A stretch of 64,000 nucleotides of DNA from Squalus acanthias. Lineage: Eukaryota. The stretch covers positions 1-64,000 of the forward strand of contig JASTWF010000760.1 of NCBI GenBank assembly GCA_030390025.1. Direction: 5' to 3'. Each line of letters begins with the position of its first letter. Position 1 is the first letter of the stretch. A model generated the notes under the pieces. That model saw only the letters and a list, made by a program, of their open reading frames with translations, did not search any database and was not told where the DNA came from. Of this stretch, positions 30,001 through 40,569 are shown piece by piece. Position numbers and translations under genes: made by a program.

Positions 30001-33000
30001 TGTAATCCCACCATGTTCAGGTTTGTGAACTCTCTCCGTGCTCTGTATCACTGTGTGTCTGTAATCCCCACCATGTTCAGGTTTGTGAACTCTCTCCGTG
30101 CTCTGTATCACTGTGTGTCTGTAATCCCCACCATGTTCAGGTTTGTGAACTCTCTCCGTGCTCTGTATCACTGTGTGTCTGTAATCCCCACCATGTTCAG
30201 GTTTGTGAACTCTCTCCGTGCTCTGTATCACTGTGTGTCTGTAATCCCCACCATGTTCAGGTTTGTGAACTCTCTCCGTGCTCTGTATCACTGTGTGTCT
30301 GTAATCCTCACCATGTTCAGGTTTGTGAACTCTCTCCGTGCTCTGTATCACTGTGTGTCTGTAATCCCCACCATGTTCAGGTTTGTGAACTCTCTCCGTG
30401 CTCTCTATCACTGTGTGTCTGTAATCCCCACCATGTTCAGGTTTGTGAACTCTCTCCGTGCTCTGTATCACTGTGTGTCTGTAATCCCCACCATGTTCAG
30501 GTTTGTGAACTCTCTCCGTGCTCTCTATCACTGTGTGTCTGTAATCCCCACCATGTTCAGGTTTGTGAACTCTCTCCGTGCTCTGTATCACTGTGTGTCT
30601 GTAATCCTCACCATGTTCAGGTTTGTGAACTCTCTCCGTGCTCTGTATCACTGTGTCTGTAATCCCCACCATGTTCAGGTTTGTGAACTCTCTCCGTGCT
30701 CTGTATCACTGTGTGTCTGTAATCCTCACCATGTTCAGGTTTGTGAACTCTCTCCGTGCTCTGTATCACTGTGTGTCTGTAATCCCCACCATGTTCAGGT
30801 TTGTGAACTCTCTCCGTGCTCTGTATCACTGTGTGTCTGTAATCCCCACCATGTTCAGGTTTGTGAACTCTCTCCGTGCTCTGTATCACTGTGTGTCTGT
30901 AATCCCCACCATGTTCAGGTTTGTGAACTCTCTCCGTGCTCTCTATCACTGTGTGTCTGTAATCCCCACCATGTTCAGGTTTGTGAACTCTCTCCGTGCT
31001 CTGTATCACTGTGTGTCTGTAATCCCCACCATGTTCAGGTTTGTGAACTCTCTCCGTGCTCTGTATCACTGTGTGTCTGTAATCCTCACCATGTTCAGGT
31101 TTGTGAACTCTCTCCGTGCTCTGTATCACTGTGTCTGTAATCCCCACCATGTTCAGGTTTGTGAACTCTCTCCGTGCTCTGTATCACTGTGTGTCTGTAA
31201 TCCCACCATGTTCAGGTTTGTGAACTCTCTCCGTGCTCTGTATCACTGTGTGTCTGTAATCCCCACCATGTTCAGGTTTGTGAACTCTCTCCGTGCTCTC
31301 TATCACTGTGTGTCTGTAATCCCCACCATGTTCAGGTTTGTGAACTCTCTCCGTGCTCTGTATCACTGTGTGTCTGTAATCCCCACCATGTTCAGGTTTG
31401 TGAACTCTCTCCGTGCTCTGTATCACTGTGTGTCTGTAATCCCACCATGTTCAGGTTTGTGAACTCTCTCCGTGCTCTGTATCACTGTGTGTCTGTAATC
31501 CCCACCATGTTCAGGTTTGTGAACTCTCTCCGTGCTCTGTATCACTGTGTGTCTGTAATCCCCACCATGTTCAGGTTTGTGAACTCTCTCCGTGCTCTGT
31601 ATCACTGTGTGTCTGTAATCCCCACCATGTTCAGGTTTGTGAACTCTCTCCGTGCTCTCTATCACTGTGTGTCTGTAATCCCCACCATGTTCAGGTTTGT
31701 GAACTCTCTCCGTGCTCTGTATCACTGTGTGTCTGTAATCCTCACCATGTTCAGGTTTGTGAACTCTCTCCGTGCTCTCTATCACTGTGTGTCTGTAATC
31801 CTCACCATGTTCAGGTTTGTGAACTCTCTCCGTGCTCTCTATCACTGTGTGTCTGTAATCCTCACCATGTTCAGGTTTGTGAACTCTCTCCGTGCTCTGT
31901 ATCACTGTGTGTCTGTAATCCTCACCATGTTCAGGTTTGTGAACTCTCTCCGTGCTCTGTATCACTGTGTGTCTGTAATCCCCACCATGTTCAGGTTTGT
32001 GAACTCTCTCCGTGCTCTGTATCACTGTGTGTCTGTAATCCTCACCATGTTCAGGTTTGTGAACTCTCTCCGTGCTCTGTATCACTGTGTGTCTGTAATC
32101 CTCACCATGTTCAGGTTTGTGAACTCTCTCCGTGCTCTGTATCACTGTGTGTCTGTAATCCCCACCATGTTCAGGTTTGTGAACTCTCTCCGTGCTCTGT
32201 ATCACTGTGTGTCTGTAATCCTCACCATGTTCAGGTTTGTGAACTCTCTCCGTGCTCTGTATCACTGTGTGTCTGTAATCCCCACCATGTTCAGGTTTGT
32301 GAACTCTCTCCGTGCTCTCTATCACTGTGTGTCTGTAATCCCCACCATGTTCAGGTTTGTGAACTCTCTCCGTGCTCTGTATCACTGTGTGTCTGTAATC
32401 CCCACCATGTTCAGGTTTGTGAACTCTCTCCGTGCTCTGTATCACTGTGTGTCTGTAATCCCCACCATGTTCAGGTTTGTGAACTCTCTCCGTGCTCTGT
32501 ATCACTGTGTGTCTGTAATCCTCACCATGTTCAGGTTTGTGAACTCTCTCCGTGCTCTGTATCACTGTGTGTCTGTAATCCCCACCATGTTCAGGTTTGT
32601 GAACTCTCTCCGTGCTCTCTATCACTGTGTGTCTGTAATCCTCACCATGTTCAGGTTTGTGAACTCTCTCCGTGCTCTGTATCACTGTGTGTCTGTAATC
32701 CTCACCATGTTCAGGTTTGTGAACTCTCTCCGTGCTCTCTATCACTGTGTGTCTGTAATCCCCACCATGTTCAGGTTTGTGAACTCTCTCCGTGCTCTGT
32801 ATCACTGTGTGTCTGTAATCCTCACCATGTTCAGGTTTGTGAACTCTCTCCGTGCTCTGTATCACTGTGGTCTGTAATCCCCACCATGTTCAGGTTTGTG
32901 AACTCTCTCCGTGCTCTGTATCACTGTGTGTCTGTAATCCTCACCATGTTCAGGTTTGTGAACTCTCTCCGTGCTCTGTATCACTGTGTGTCTGTAATCC

Positions 33001-34130
33001 TCACCATGTTCAGGTTTGTGAACTCTCTCCGTGCTCTGTATCACTGTGTGTCTGTAATCCCCACCATGTTCAGGTTTGTGAACTCTCTCCGTGCTCTGTA
33101 TCACTGTGTGTCTGTAATCCTCACCATGTTCAGGTTTGTGAACTCTCTCCGTGCTCTGTATCACTGTGTGTCTGTAATCCCCACCATGTTCAGGTTTGTG
33201 AACTCTCTCCGTGCTCTGTATCACTGTGTGTCTGTAATCCCCACCATGTTCAGGTTTGTGAACTCTCTCCGTGCTCTGTATCACTGTGTGTCTGTAATCC
33301 CCACCATGTTCAGGTTTGTGAACTCTCTCCGTGCTCTGTATCACTGTGTGTCTGTAATCCTCACCATGTTCAGGTTTGTGAACTCTCTCCGTGCTCTGTA
33401 TCACTGTGTGTCTGTAATCCCCACCATGTTCAGGTTTGTGAACTCTCTCCGTGCTCTGTATCACTGTGTGTCTGTAATCCTCACCATGTTCAGGTTTGTG
33501 AACTCTCTCCGTGCTCTGTATCACTGTGTGTCTGTAATCCTCACCATGTTCAGGTTTGTGAACTCTCTCCGTGCTCTGTATCACTGTGTGTCTGTAATCC
33601 CCACCATGTTCAGGTTTGTGAACTCTCTCCGTGCTCTCTATCACTGTGTGTCTGTAATCCCCACCATGTTCAGGTTTGTGAACTCTCTCCGTGCTCTGTA
33701 TCACTGTGTGTCTGTAATCCTCACCATGTTCAGGTTTGTGAACTCTCTCCGTGCTCTGTATCACTGTGTGTCTGTAATCCTCACCATGTTCAGGTTTGTG
33801 AACTCTCTCCGTGCTCTGTATCACTGTGTGTCTGTAATCCTCACCATGTTCAGGTTTGTGAACTCTCTCCGTGCTCTGTATCACTGTGTGTCTGTAATCC
33901 CACCATGTTCAGGTTTGTGAACTCTCTCCGTGCTCTGTATCACTGTGTGTCTGTAATCCCCACCATGTTCAGTTTTGTGAACTCTCTCCGTGCTCTGTAT
34001 CACTGTGTGTCTGTAATCCTCACTATGTTCAGGTTTGTGAACTCTCTCCGTGCTCTGTATCACTGTGTGTCTGTAATCCCCACCATGTACAGGTTTTTGT
34101 ACGGCTCTCTCCGTGCTCTGTATCACTGTG
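1..34130 (-). repeat. 60-bp tandem satellite (~570 copies, extends beyond left edge) derived from a V-gene recombination signal sequence
   Basis: Plus-strand unit GTAATCCCCACCATGTTCAGGTTTGTGAACTCTCTCCGTGCTCTGTATCACTGTGTGTCT repeats continuously. On the minus strand it reads CACAGTG-ATACAGAGCACGGAGAGAGTTC-ACAAACCTG-AACATGGTGGGGATTACAGACA. The terminal unit is the authentic RSS of the V at 34131-34433. Confidence 0.97.
34092..34130 (-). promoter_or_regulatory. Consensus 23-RSS of supporting V-delta
   Basis: Minus strand CACAGTG (34124-34130), 23-nt spacer (34101-34123) and ACAAAAACC (34092-34100); both motifs are perfect. Confidence 0.97.
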
Positions 34131-34433
34131 CTGTGCGCGGACTCAGTGCACAGTAATACACAGCGGAGTCACTCAGTTGCAGTTTCGCGATGTTTAACCG
34201 GCTGATTTTCTGCGCCCCATCGGCAGAAGCAGAAATTCGGCCCCCATCAGCGTTTTCTTTATTCCCCTCTCCTGAAGTGTTTCTCTGAAGCAGGTATTTC
34301 GGAGCCTGCCCTGGGGACTGACGGTACCAGTGTACTGTCAGACAGAACCCTGAATATTCGCAGTTTAAAGTAACGGTGTCACCGGCAGCAGAGGATTGTA
34401 GAGGCGGACCCTGGGACATCGAGAAACTGGAAT
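34131..34433 (-). CDS. TCR delta V exon, NAR-TCR supporting type (no leader found, CDR1 Cys)
   Basis: V-set motifs TLNC...WYRQ...DSAVYYCALS. Phase-1 acceptor CCTGCAG|AT at 34434. Extra Cys in CDR1 (SGFCLT, codon 34342-34344). No convincing leader exon upstream, and it lies downstream of a NAR-TCR J donor, as in the established NAR-TCR cassette. Confidence 0.88.
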
Positions 34434-34634
34434 CTGCAGGATTAAAATGGGAGAATGTTATTTATTTGGCTGCTGTTTACCCGGGGACACTTGTGAATCA
34501 CAGGAATAGTTCTGCCTCTCGCGCTAATGCTGTTCTTCATTTGAAGCCTGTTCCAACTTTATTCACTGTCATTGGTCAAGGAACCAGAGTTGGGAGGGGG
34601 GTGCTGTGGGGGGTGGAGGGGCGGGGGCGCTGAG

Positions 34635-34875
34635 GAGAAATGTATTTACACAGTGAGCCGTTATGATCTGGAATGCACTGCCTGAAATGGTGGTGGGAGC
34701 AGATTCAATAGTAACTTTCAACAGGAAATTGGATCAATACTGGAAAAGGAAAATTTGTCAGGGCTATGGGGAAAGAGCGGGGCGAGTGGGAGTAATTGAA
34801 TAGCTCCTTCAAAGCGCCGCACAGGCAAGGTGGGCCGAATGACCTCCTTCTCTGCCGTATGATTCTATGATTTCT
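34635..34875 (+). mobile_element. Degenerate CR1-type LINE 3' end fragment
   Basis: Resembles the CR1 3' end seen elsewhere in the window (TGGAATGCACTGCCT...GGGCCGAATGACCTCCTTCT) with a TGATTCTA-type tail. Confidence 0.65.
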
Positions 34876-35464
34876 ATTACATTTTTGTTTTTATTTTTCT
34901 TGGTGAAAGTCAAACCCGAAAAAAATAATAGCCATTCTCCTCCTCACTGAGACAACCACATTCCAATGATGTTTGACCGAGAGTGACCCGGCTGTGTTAT
35001 GTCACTGCGCACAGCAAGATCCAACAGAAAGCAGTGAGATTCCTCAGCACCGACTGAGCCAAACTGACACTGAAAATCTGTGGGTCAAAGGTCAATCTTT
35101 TACTGCAGTTTAACGGTTCACGGGAGCTCCTGTCTGCCTCTCGCTCTATTTGTCTCTTTTCTTCCATCAGTGGGACCGGTTGCTCCATTTCACTTTAATT
35201 GTAATTATTTACAGTTAGTTTCATTTTATTTCTACATCTGGGTCGCTCACTTTGTGCTGTTTGCGGTTTTTTGCCAGCCTGAGAACTTCTCCCAAAGTCT
35301 CTCAGTTGTCGGTTGGGTTCAGTCTGTGCAGTTTCCGCAGTGGTTTTACTGTTACTCACTGGAAACTGGCTCTTCCGGCTCTCTGACAACTTCAATTCCT
35401 TCAGCCCATTGGCTGATTCTCTCCCGTGTTCTCCGGGCGGAGTTTTCTCTGAGTTTTACATTAT

Positions 35465-35880
35465 ACAGAATCTGCAGAACAGGAACAGGCCATTCGGCCC
35501 AACTGGTCTGTGCCGGTGTTTATACTCCACACGAGCCTCCCCCCACTCTAATTACCTCTTCACACTCTGACCCCTGTGCATCTCGATTCCTTTCTCCCTC
35601 CTGTATTTTTCAAGCCTCCCCTTAAATGCATCAACGCTATCTGCTCCAACTGCTCGGTGTGGCAGCGAGTTCCACATTCTGACGCCTCTCTGTGTGAATA
35701 AATTCTTCCCAATGTCTTTATTTGTTCTGTTAGTGACTATCTTATATTTGTGGCCCCTTGTTCTGGACTCACCCACAATGGAAACAGTTTCCCCACGTGC
35801 CCCCTATCGAACCCCTTCATCATTTTAATCACCTCCATCAGGTCTCCTCGTTTTCTTCTTTTCCAGAGAATCCTGTTCAA
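35465..35880 (-). mobile_element. CR1-type LINE 3' fragment
   Basis: Minus ORF GESRTRGHKYKI...LFTQRGVRMWNSLP matches the CR1 ORF2 C-terminus. Confidence 0.75.
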
Positions 35881-36299
35881 TCTTTCCAGAAATGTGTGGA
35901 TTGCTGCTGATGTCTTTTCTCAGGAGTGCAAGAAATCCAAAGCTGAGAAAAGGGCCGGAGCCCAATCGCAGCCCGTCCCTCCAGTAAATCTCACTGCCCC
36001 GGTGTCGGATTGTGCTTTGAACGGCCCAGAGACCGGTGTCTCCACACCCCCGCCCGGCCGGTGAAGTCCGATATTTCTCTCCCTTTCGATGAATGATTTC
36101 TTGCTGGTTCTAAATGGACTTCCCTCCAGTCTGTACTTGTTCCCTCGGGTGTTCCTGCTCTCCTTTATAGGAACATTAGAACCTCGCCCTCACTCGCTCA
36201 CTGCCCAGTGTTGTTTCAGTTAACAGTAACCAGGGATTCAGATAAATTACTGCAATCCGATCTCTCAAACATGAACATTAAATATAACACAGCATCACA

Positions 36300-36560
36300 C
36301 AGAATGTAGAGCACAGAAACAGGCCATTGGGCCCAATCGGTCCATGCCGGTGTTACTGCTCCACACGAGCCTCCTCCCACCCCTACTCCATCTCACCCCA
36401 TCAACAGATCCTTCTATTCCTTTCTCCCTCACCTACTTATCTAGATTCCCCTTCAATGTATCGATGTTATTCGGCTCAACTGCTCCTTGTGGCAGCGAGT
36501 TCCACATTCTGACCACTCTCTGGGGAAAGAACTTCCTCCTGAATTCCCCATTGGATTCAT
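36300..36560 (-). mobile_element. CR1-type LINE 3' fragment
   Basis: Similar to 35465-35720 (GGCAGCGAGTTCCACATTCTGACCACTCTCTG). Confidence 0.65.
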
Positions 36561-37228
36561 TAGAAAACAGTAAAAATTATTTAACAGCGTCTGTAGTTCG
36601 AAGCTTTTACTTTTCGACTTAAACGTGAAACGTGGAGGGAAAATGATTGTTCATATAAAAGCAATTGGAATAAATGTCAGATACGATACAACTAATTTCA
36701 GTCACTGAGTGTCCAATAATGAAATGCCATCTGGACCTACAAGCGGATCACGTGTATCTGAAGCCCCGCCATGTTGTGCTCCAGTATTTCTGCCGCTGCA
36801 GGTATCGGACCTGATTGGCCTCTTGATATTAATTTTGAAATAAACACAATAATTGTGGGCAATGAAGGGGTTATTAGGACATTGAGATAAAGAATCATTC
36901 TAGTGTTGGGAAGATTATTTGTGGGGTGGGAGATGGAGGAGGGACAGAGATTGAAAAACAAGTCGAGCTGTACTGCTTTAAGTGCTGTGTCTGTGCTGCC
37001 CGCCTGCGCGCTGACTGAGAGCGATTCTGCCGGAAGGCCGAATGGATCGCTGCTTACTTCACCCCACCCCCACCACCACCACCCGCCCAACCTCCAAACC
37101 CCTGATTCCAGCCCCGAGTTTATCTTTTTTTTGGTTAGATAAGTTAAATAGGATGAAAGTCCCTTCTTCGTCTTAATTTAGATCGTGATCTTTTATTTTT
37201 ACTTTCAAATGTATGGTAATGATTTGAG

Positions 37229-37670
37229 AAATAAGAGCAGGAGTAGGCCATTCGGCCCTTGGAGCCTGGTCAGCCATTCAATAAGATCAAGGCTGATCAA
37301 CGACCTCAACTCCACTTTCCCGCCCGATCTCCATATCCCTTGGTTCCCCTAGAGTCCAAAAATCTATCTCAGGCTTGAATATACTCAAAGACTCAGCATC
37401 CACAGCCCTCTGGGGCAAAGAATTACAAAGATTCACAACCCTCTGAGTGAAGAAAATTCTCCTAATCTCAGTCTTAAATGGCTGACCCCTTATCCTGAGA
37501 CTATACCCCCTAGTTCTGGACACTCCAGCCAGGAAACAACCTCAGCATCTACCCTGTCAATCCCCTTCAGAATATTGTATGTTTCAATGAGATCACCTCT
37601 CATTCTTCTGAACTTCAGAGAGTATAGGCCCATTCTACAAATCCGTCATCCTAGGACAGCCCTCTCATCC
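37229..37670 (-). mobile_element. CR1 LINE 3' fragment (cassette copy A)
   Basis: Minus ORF SRTRGYSLRIRGQPFKTEIRRIFFTQRVVNLCNSLPQ; paralogous to 43011-43490. Confidence 0.85.
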
Positions 37671-37989
37671 CACCTTTTCTTAAATACAACTTTTCCTGCC
37701 AGAGATTATAAAGATAGTGTTCCTACTTGTCCAAGAACAATATTAATATACAAACATGATTCATATGATGTGAACTATGCAGCGAAGGAGTTCTCACACT
37801 AAATAAGCTGTTGTGGGAAAATGGCACCGATAAATATCAACAATTATCCGTCTTGATATGTTTGGTCAGTATTACAGAATTAGCCACTTCACTGCTAAAC
37901 ATGATGCTATAGAACGTTTAGCTTCTTAATTTCTTTACTCTTCGCTGAAGTACATTCCCACAGCCGGCATTAACTGTTCCGGTAGTAAC

Positions 37990-38111
37990 GTATCGGACGG
38001 GCCGCTGCAGGTATCGGACGGGCCGCTGCAGGTATCAGACGGCCGCAGCGGGTATCGGACGGGTCGCTGCAGATATCGGGCCGGCCGCTGCAGGTATCGG
38101 ACGGGCCGCTG
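37990..38111. repeat. 21-bp GC-rich tandem repeat (~6 copies)
   Basis: Unit GTATCGGACGGGCCGCTGCAG; paralogous array at 43803-43925. Confidence 0.85.
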
Positions 38112-38616
38112 TATTGTTGGGTTCACTCTCCCGGTACCTCATTCACACTGTCCGGCACGGACTGGAATCTCCTGCCAAGGATGGAGCTCTGTGACCCTCT
38201 GCCCTGCTCACAAGGACAGGCAGAGCTCCCTCAGTCACAGTTAACACCGAGAGCGGAGGCCGGCGTGTCGACAATCTGCGCTCATTTAAACCAACTGGGG
38301 ATCAGAGTGAGAGTCCGGGTTGTTCATGGGATCCCCCGAGATCCCCGTTAAACCAATGATGGTCCAGATGGGGTAACCCCTCCCCGCTCCCAGACTGCCT
38401 ACTCTGTGGGGGTCTCACACCTCCTCTCTCTGGACTAACACACGTACCCGGCCCTGATTCAAATTCTGCTCCCGAATCTAAAGCTGCAATGAAACCCCTT
38501 AGAAAACCGGTTTGTTTGATGTTGAGGGGATTGAGGTGATACTGATCACAATAATAAACTGACGGTGATCATTAACCGGGACAGTCTGTAACACGGCGGA
38601 GTTTGGAGTCACTTAC

Positions 38617-38949
38617 CGGCTGTGACAGTCACCACTGTCCCGGATCCATCCACAGTATCATGGTGTTCCTTCCGGTACGAGTACTCAGCTTTACAGTAAT
38701 AGGTGGCGCTGTCTTCAACTCGCACATCCCGAATTTCCAACGAAAATATCTTGTCTGCCTTATTAGTCGACACAACAAATCGCTCTCCGCTCGAGATCCG
38801 CTCCCGCTCTGTCCCGGTCCGGGTTTGTCTGAAGAAATCCCCACGCGTTAAAGAACGGGCGCAAAAACCACCATCGAAAACACAGGTGATGGTGAGAGAC
38901 TGACACTCCTCCCTGGTCACCACTAGCGGGGTCTGTGTCACTGAAGAGC
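38617..38949 (-). CDS. NAR-TCR (IgNAR-like) V domain exon with V, D and J already joined in frame
   Basis: Single exon from acceptor TTTCCAG|GC to donor GCCG|GTAAGT encoding VTQTPLVVTREECQSLTITC...EDSATYYCKAEYSYRKEHHDTVDGSGTVVTVTA. VNAR-like short CDR2 region. No RSS or intervening DNA between V and J. Confidence 0.9.
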
Positions 38950-39094
38950 CTGGAAATTAAACAGAGAGAGTTTAATGGGACATCAGAGCCGAACCACACA
39001 ACGGGGCTAAAACCCAGACAGTGTCCGCAATTGGAATCGACCCGGGCAGCTTTATATTAAATCCACACAATGTCAGCTTGTTTGATCGGTACTC

Positions 39095-39137
39095 AGGGTA
39101 AACAGACACACAGGATGAAAACAAGGAGGGTTGCCAT
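39095..39137 (-). pseudogene. Leader exon of the joined NAR-TCR V, with destroyed splice donor
   Basis: ATG at 39137 encodes MATLLVFILCVCLP. The paralog has CCCT|GTGAGT, but here it reads CCCTGAGT (2-nt loss), giving no phase-1 donor and an in-frame TGA. Confidence 0.75.
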
Positions 39138-39257
39138 CGTTCTGCTGTCTGGAGCTGATGGTTTATATGGCAGGGAGCTGGAGACTGCAGCCCTGGACTG
39201 TTCTGGGAGAATGTACCTCAGACCTGGACTGAAATACTTTATGGGACCGAGTTAATT

Positions 39258-40569
39258 GTAGAGCACTTGGAAAACAGTGACAGGATCGGACAAAGTCAAC
39301 ATGGATTTACAAAAGATAAATCGTGCTTGACTAATCTACTGGAATTCTTCGAGGATGTAACTGGTAAAAATAGATAAGGGAGAACCTTTCGATAAGGTTC
39401 CGCATAAGAGATTAGCATGTAAAGTTAAGGCACATGGGATTGGGGGCAAGGCATTGACTTGGATAGAGAACTGGTTGGCAGACAGAAAGCAAAGAGTTGG
39501 AATAAACGGGTCTTTTTCCGAGTGGCAGGCAGTGACTAGTGGTGTATCGCAGGGATCGGTGCTAGGACCCCAGTTGTTCACAATATATATTAATGATCTA
39601 GACGAGGGAACTAGATGTAATATCTCCAAGTGTGCAGACGACACAAAGCTGGGTGGGCGTGTGTGCTGTGAGGAGGATGCCGAGAAACTCCAGGATGATT
39701 TGGACAGGTTGGGTGACTGGGCAGAAGCATGGGAGATCCAATATAACGTGGATAAATGCGAGGTTATCCACTTTGGTGTCAAAAACAGGAAGGCAGATTA
39801 TTATCTGAATGGCAATAGGTTGGGAGAAGGGGAAGTGCAACGAGACATGGGTGTTGTTGTGCACCAGTCGCTAAAGGTAAGCATGCAGGTGCAGCAGGCG
39901 GTTAAGAAGGCAAATGGTATGTTGGCCTTCGTAGCGAGAGGGTTTGAGTACAGGAACAAGGATGTCTTGCTGCAGTTGTACAGGGCCTTGGTGAGACCAC
40001 ATCTTGAGTATTGTGTGCAGTTTTGGTCGCTTTATCTGAGGAAGGAGGTTCTTGCCATGTAAGGAGTTCAGCGAAGATTCACCAGGCTGATACCTGGGAT
40101 GGCAGGAATGACGTATGAGGAGAGATTGGATCGATTGGGCTTATACTCGCTAGAGTTTAGAAGAATGAGAGGGGATCTCATTGAAACTTATAAAATTCTG
40201 AAAGGAATGGACAGACTAAATGCAGGAAGGATGTTCCCGATGGTCGGGGAGTCCAGAACCAGAGGTCACAGTCTAAGGATAAGGGGTAAGCCATTTAGGA
40301 CAGAAATGAGGAAGAATTTCTTCACCCAGAGAATGGTGAACCTGTGGAATTCTCTACCACAGACGGCAGTAGAGGCCAATTCATTAAATATATTCAAGAA
40401 GGAGTTGGATATATTTCTTAAGGCTAAAGGGATCAAGGGATATGGGGAGAAAGCAGGGACAGGGTTCTGAATTTTGATGATCAGCCATGATCGCATTGAA
40501 TGGCGGAGCAGGCTAGGGGGGCCGAATGGCCTACTCCTGCTCCTATCTTCTATGTTTCTATGTTTCTAT
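39258..40569 (+). mobile_element. 5'-truncated CR1 LINE insertion with 7-bp target-site duplication
   Basis: RT-domain ORFs 39454-40062 (SQGSVLGPQLF...CADDTKL) and 40099-40470; (TATGTTTC)n tail; flanked by GTTAATT at 39251-39257 and 40570-40576. Absent from the paralogous site near 45467. Confidence 0.93.

Noticed and set aside
1-34130. CRISPR array
   Set aside because: No unique spacers, the units are contiguous, there are no cas genes, and the context is a vertebrate locus.
1-34130. Array of D segments or an Ig switch region
   Set aside because: Each unit has only one RSS-like element, with no opposing 12/23 partner on the other strand. It lacks AGCT motifs and the G-richness of switch regions.
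227-34156. Many long repetitive ORFs (up to 743 aa) on both strands
   Set aside because: The 60-bp unit is divisible by 3 and several frames lack stops. Frequent 1-2 nt indels shift frames freely, and the adjacent V frame stops at the TGA in the heptamer, so there is no sign of coding constraint.
34997-35188. Possible leader exon for the V at 34131-34433 (VLRNLTAFCWILLCA)
   Set aside because: No nearby ATG, and the only donor-like site is phase 0 while the V acceptor needs phase 1.
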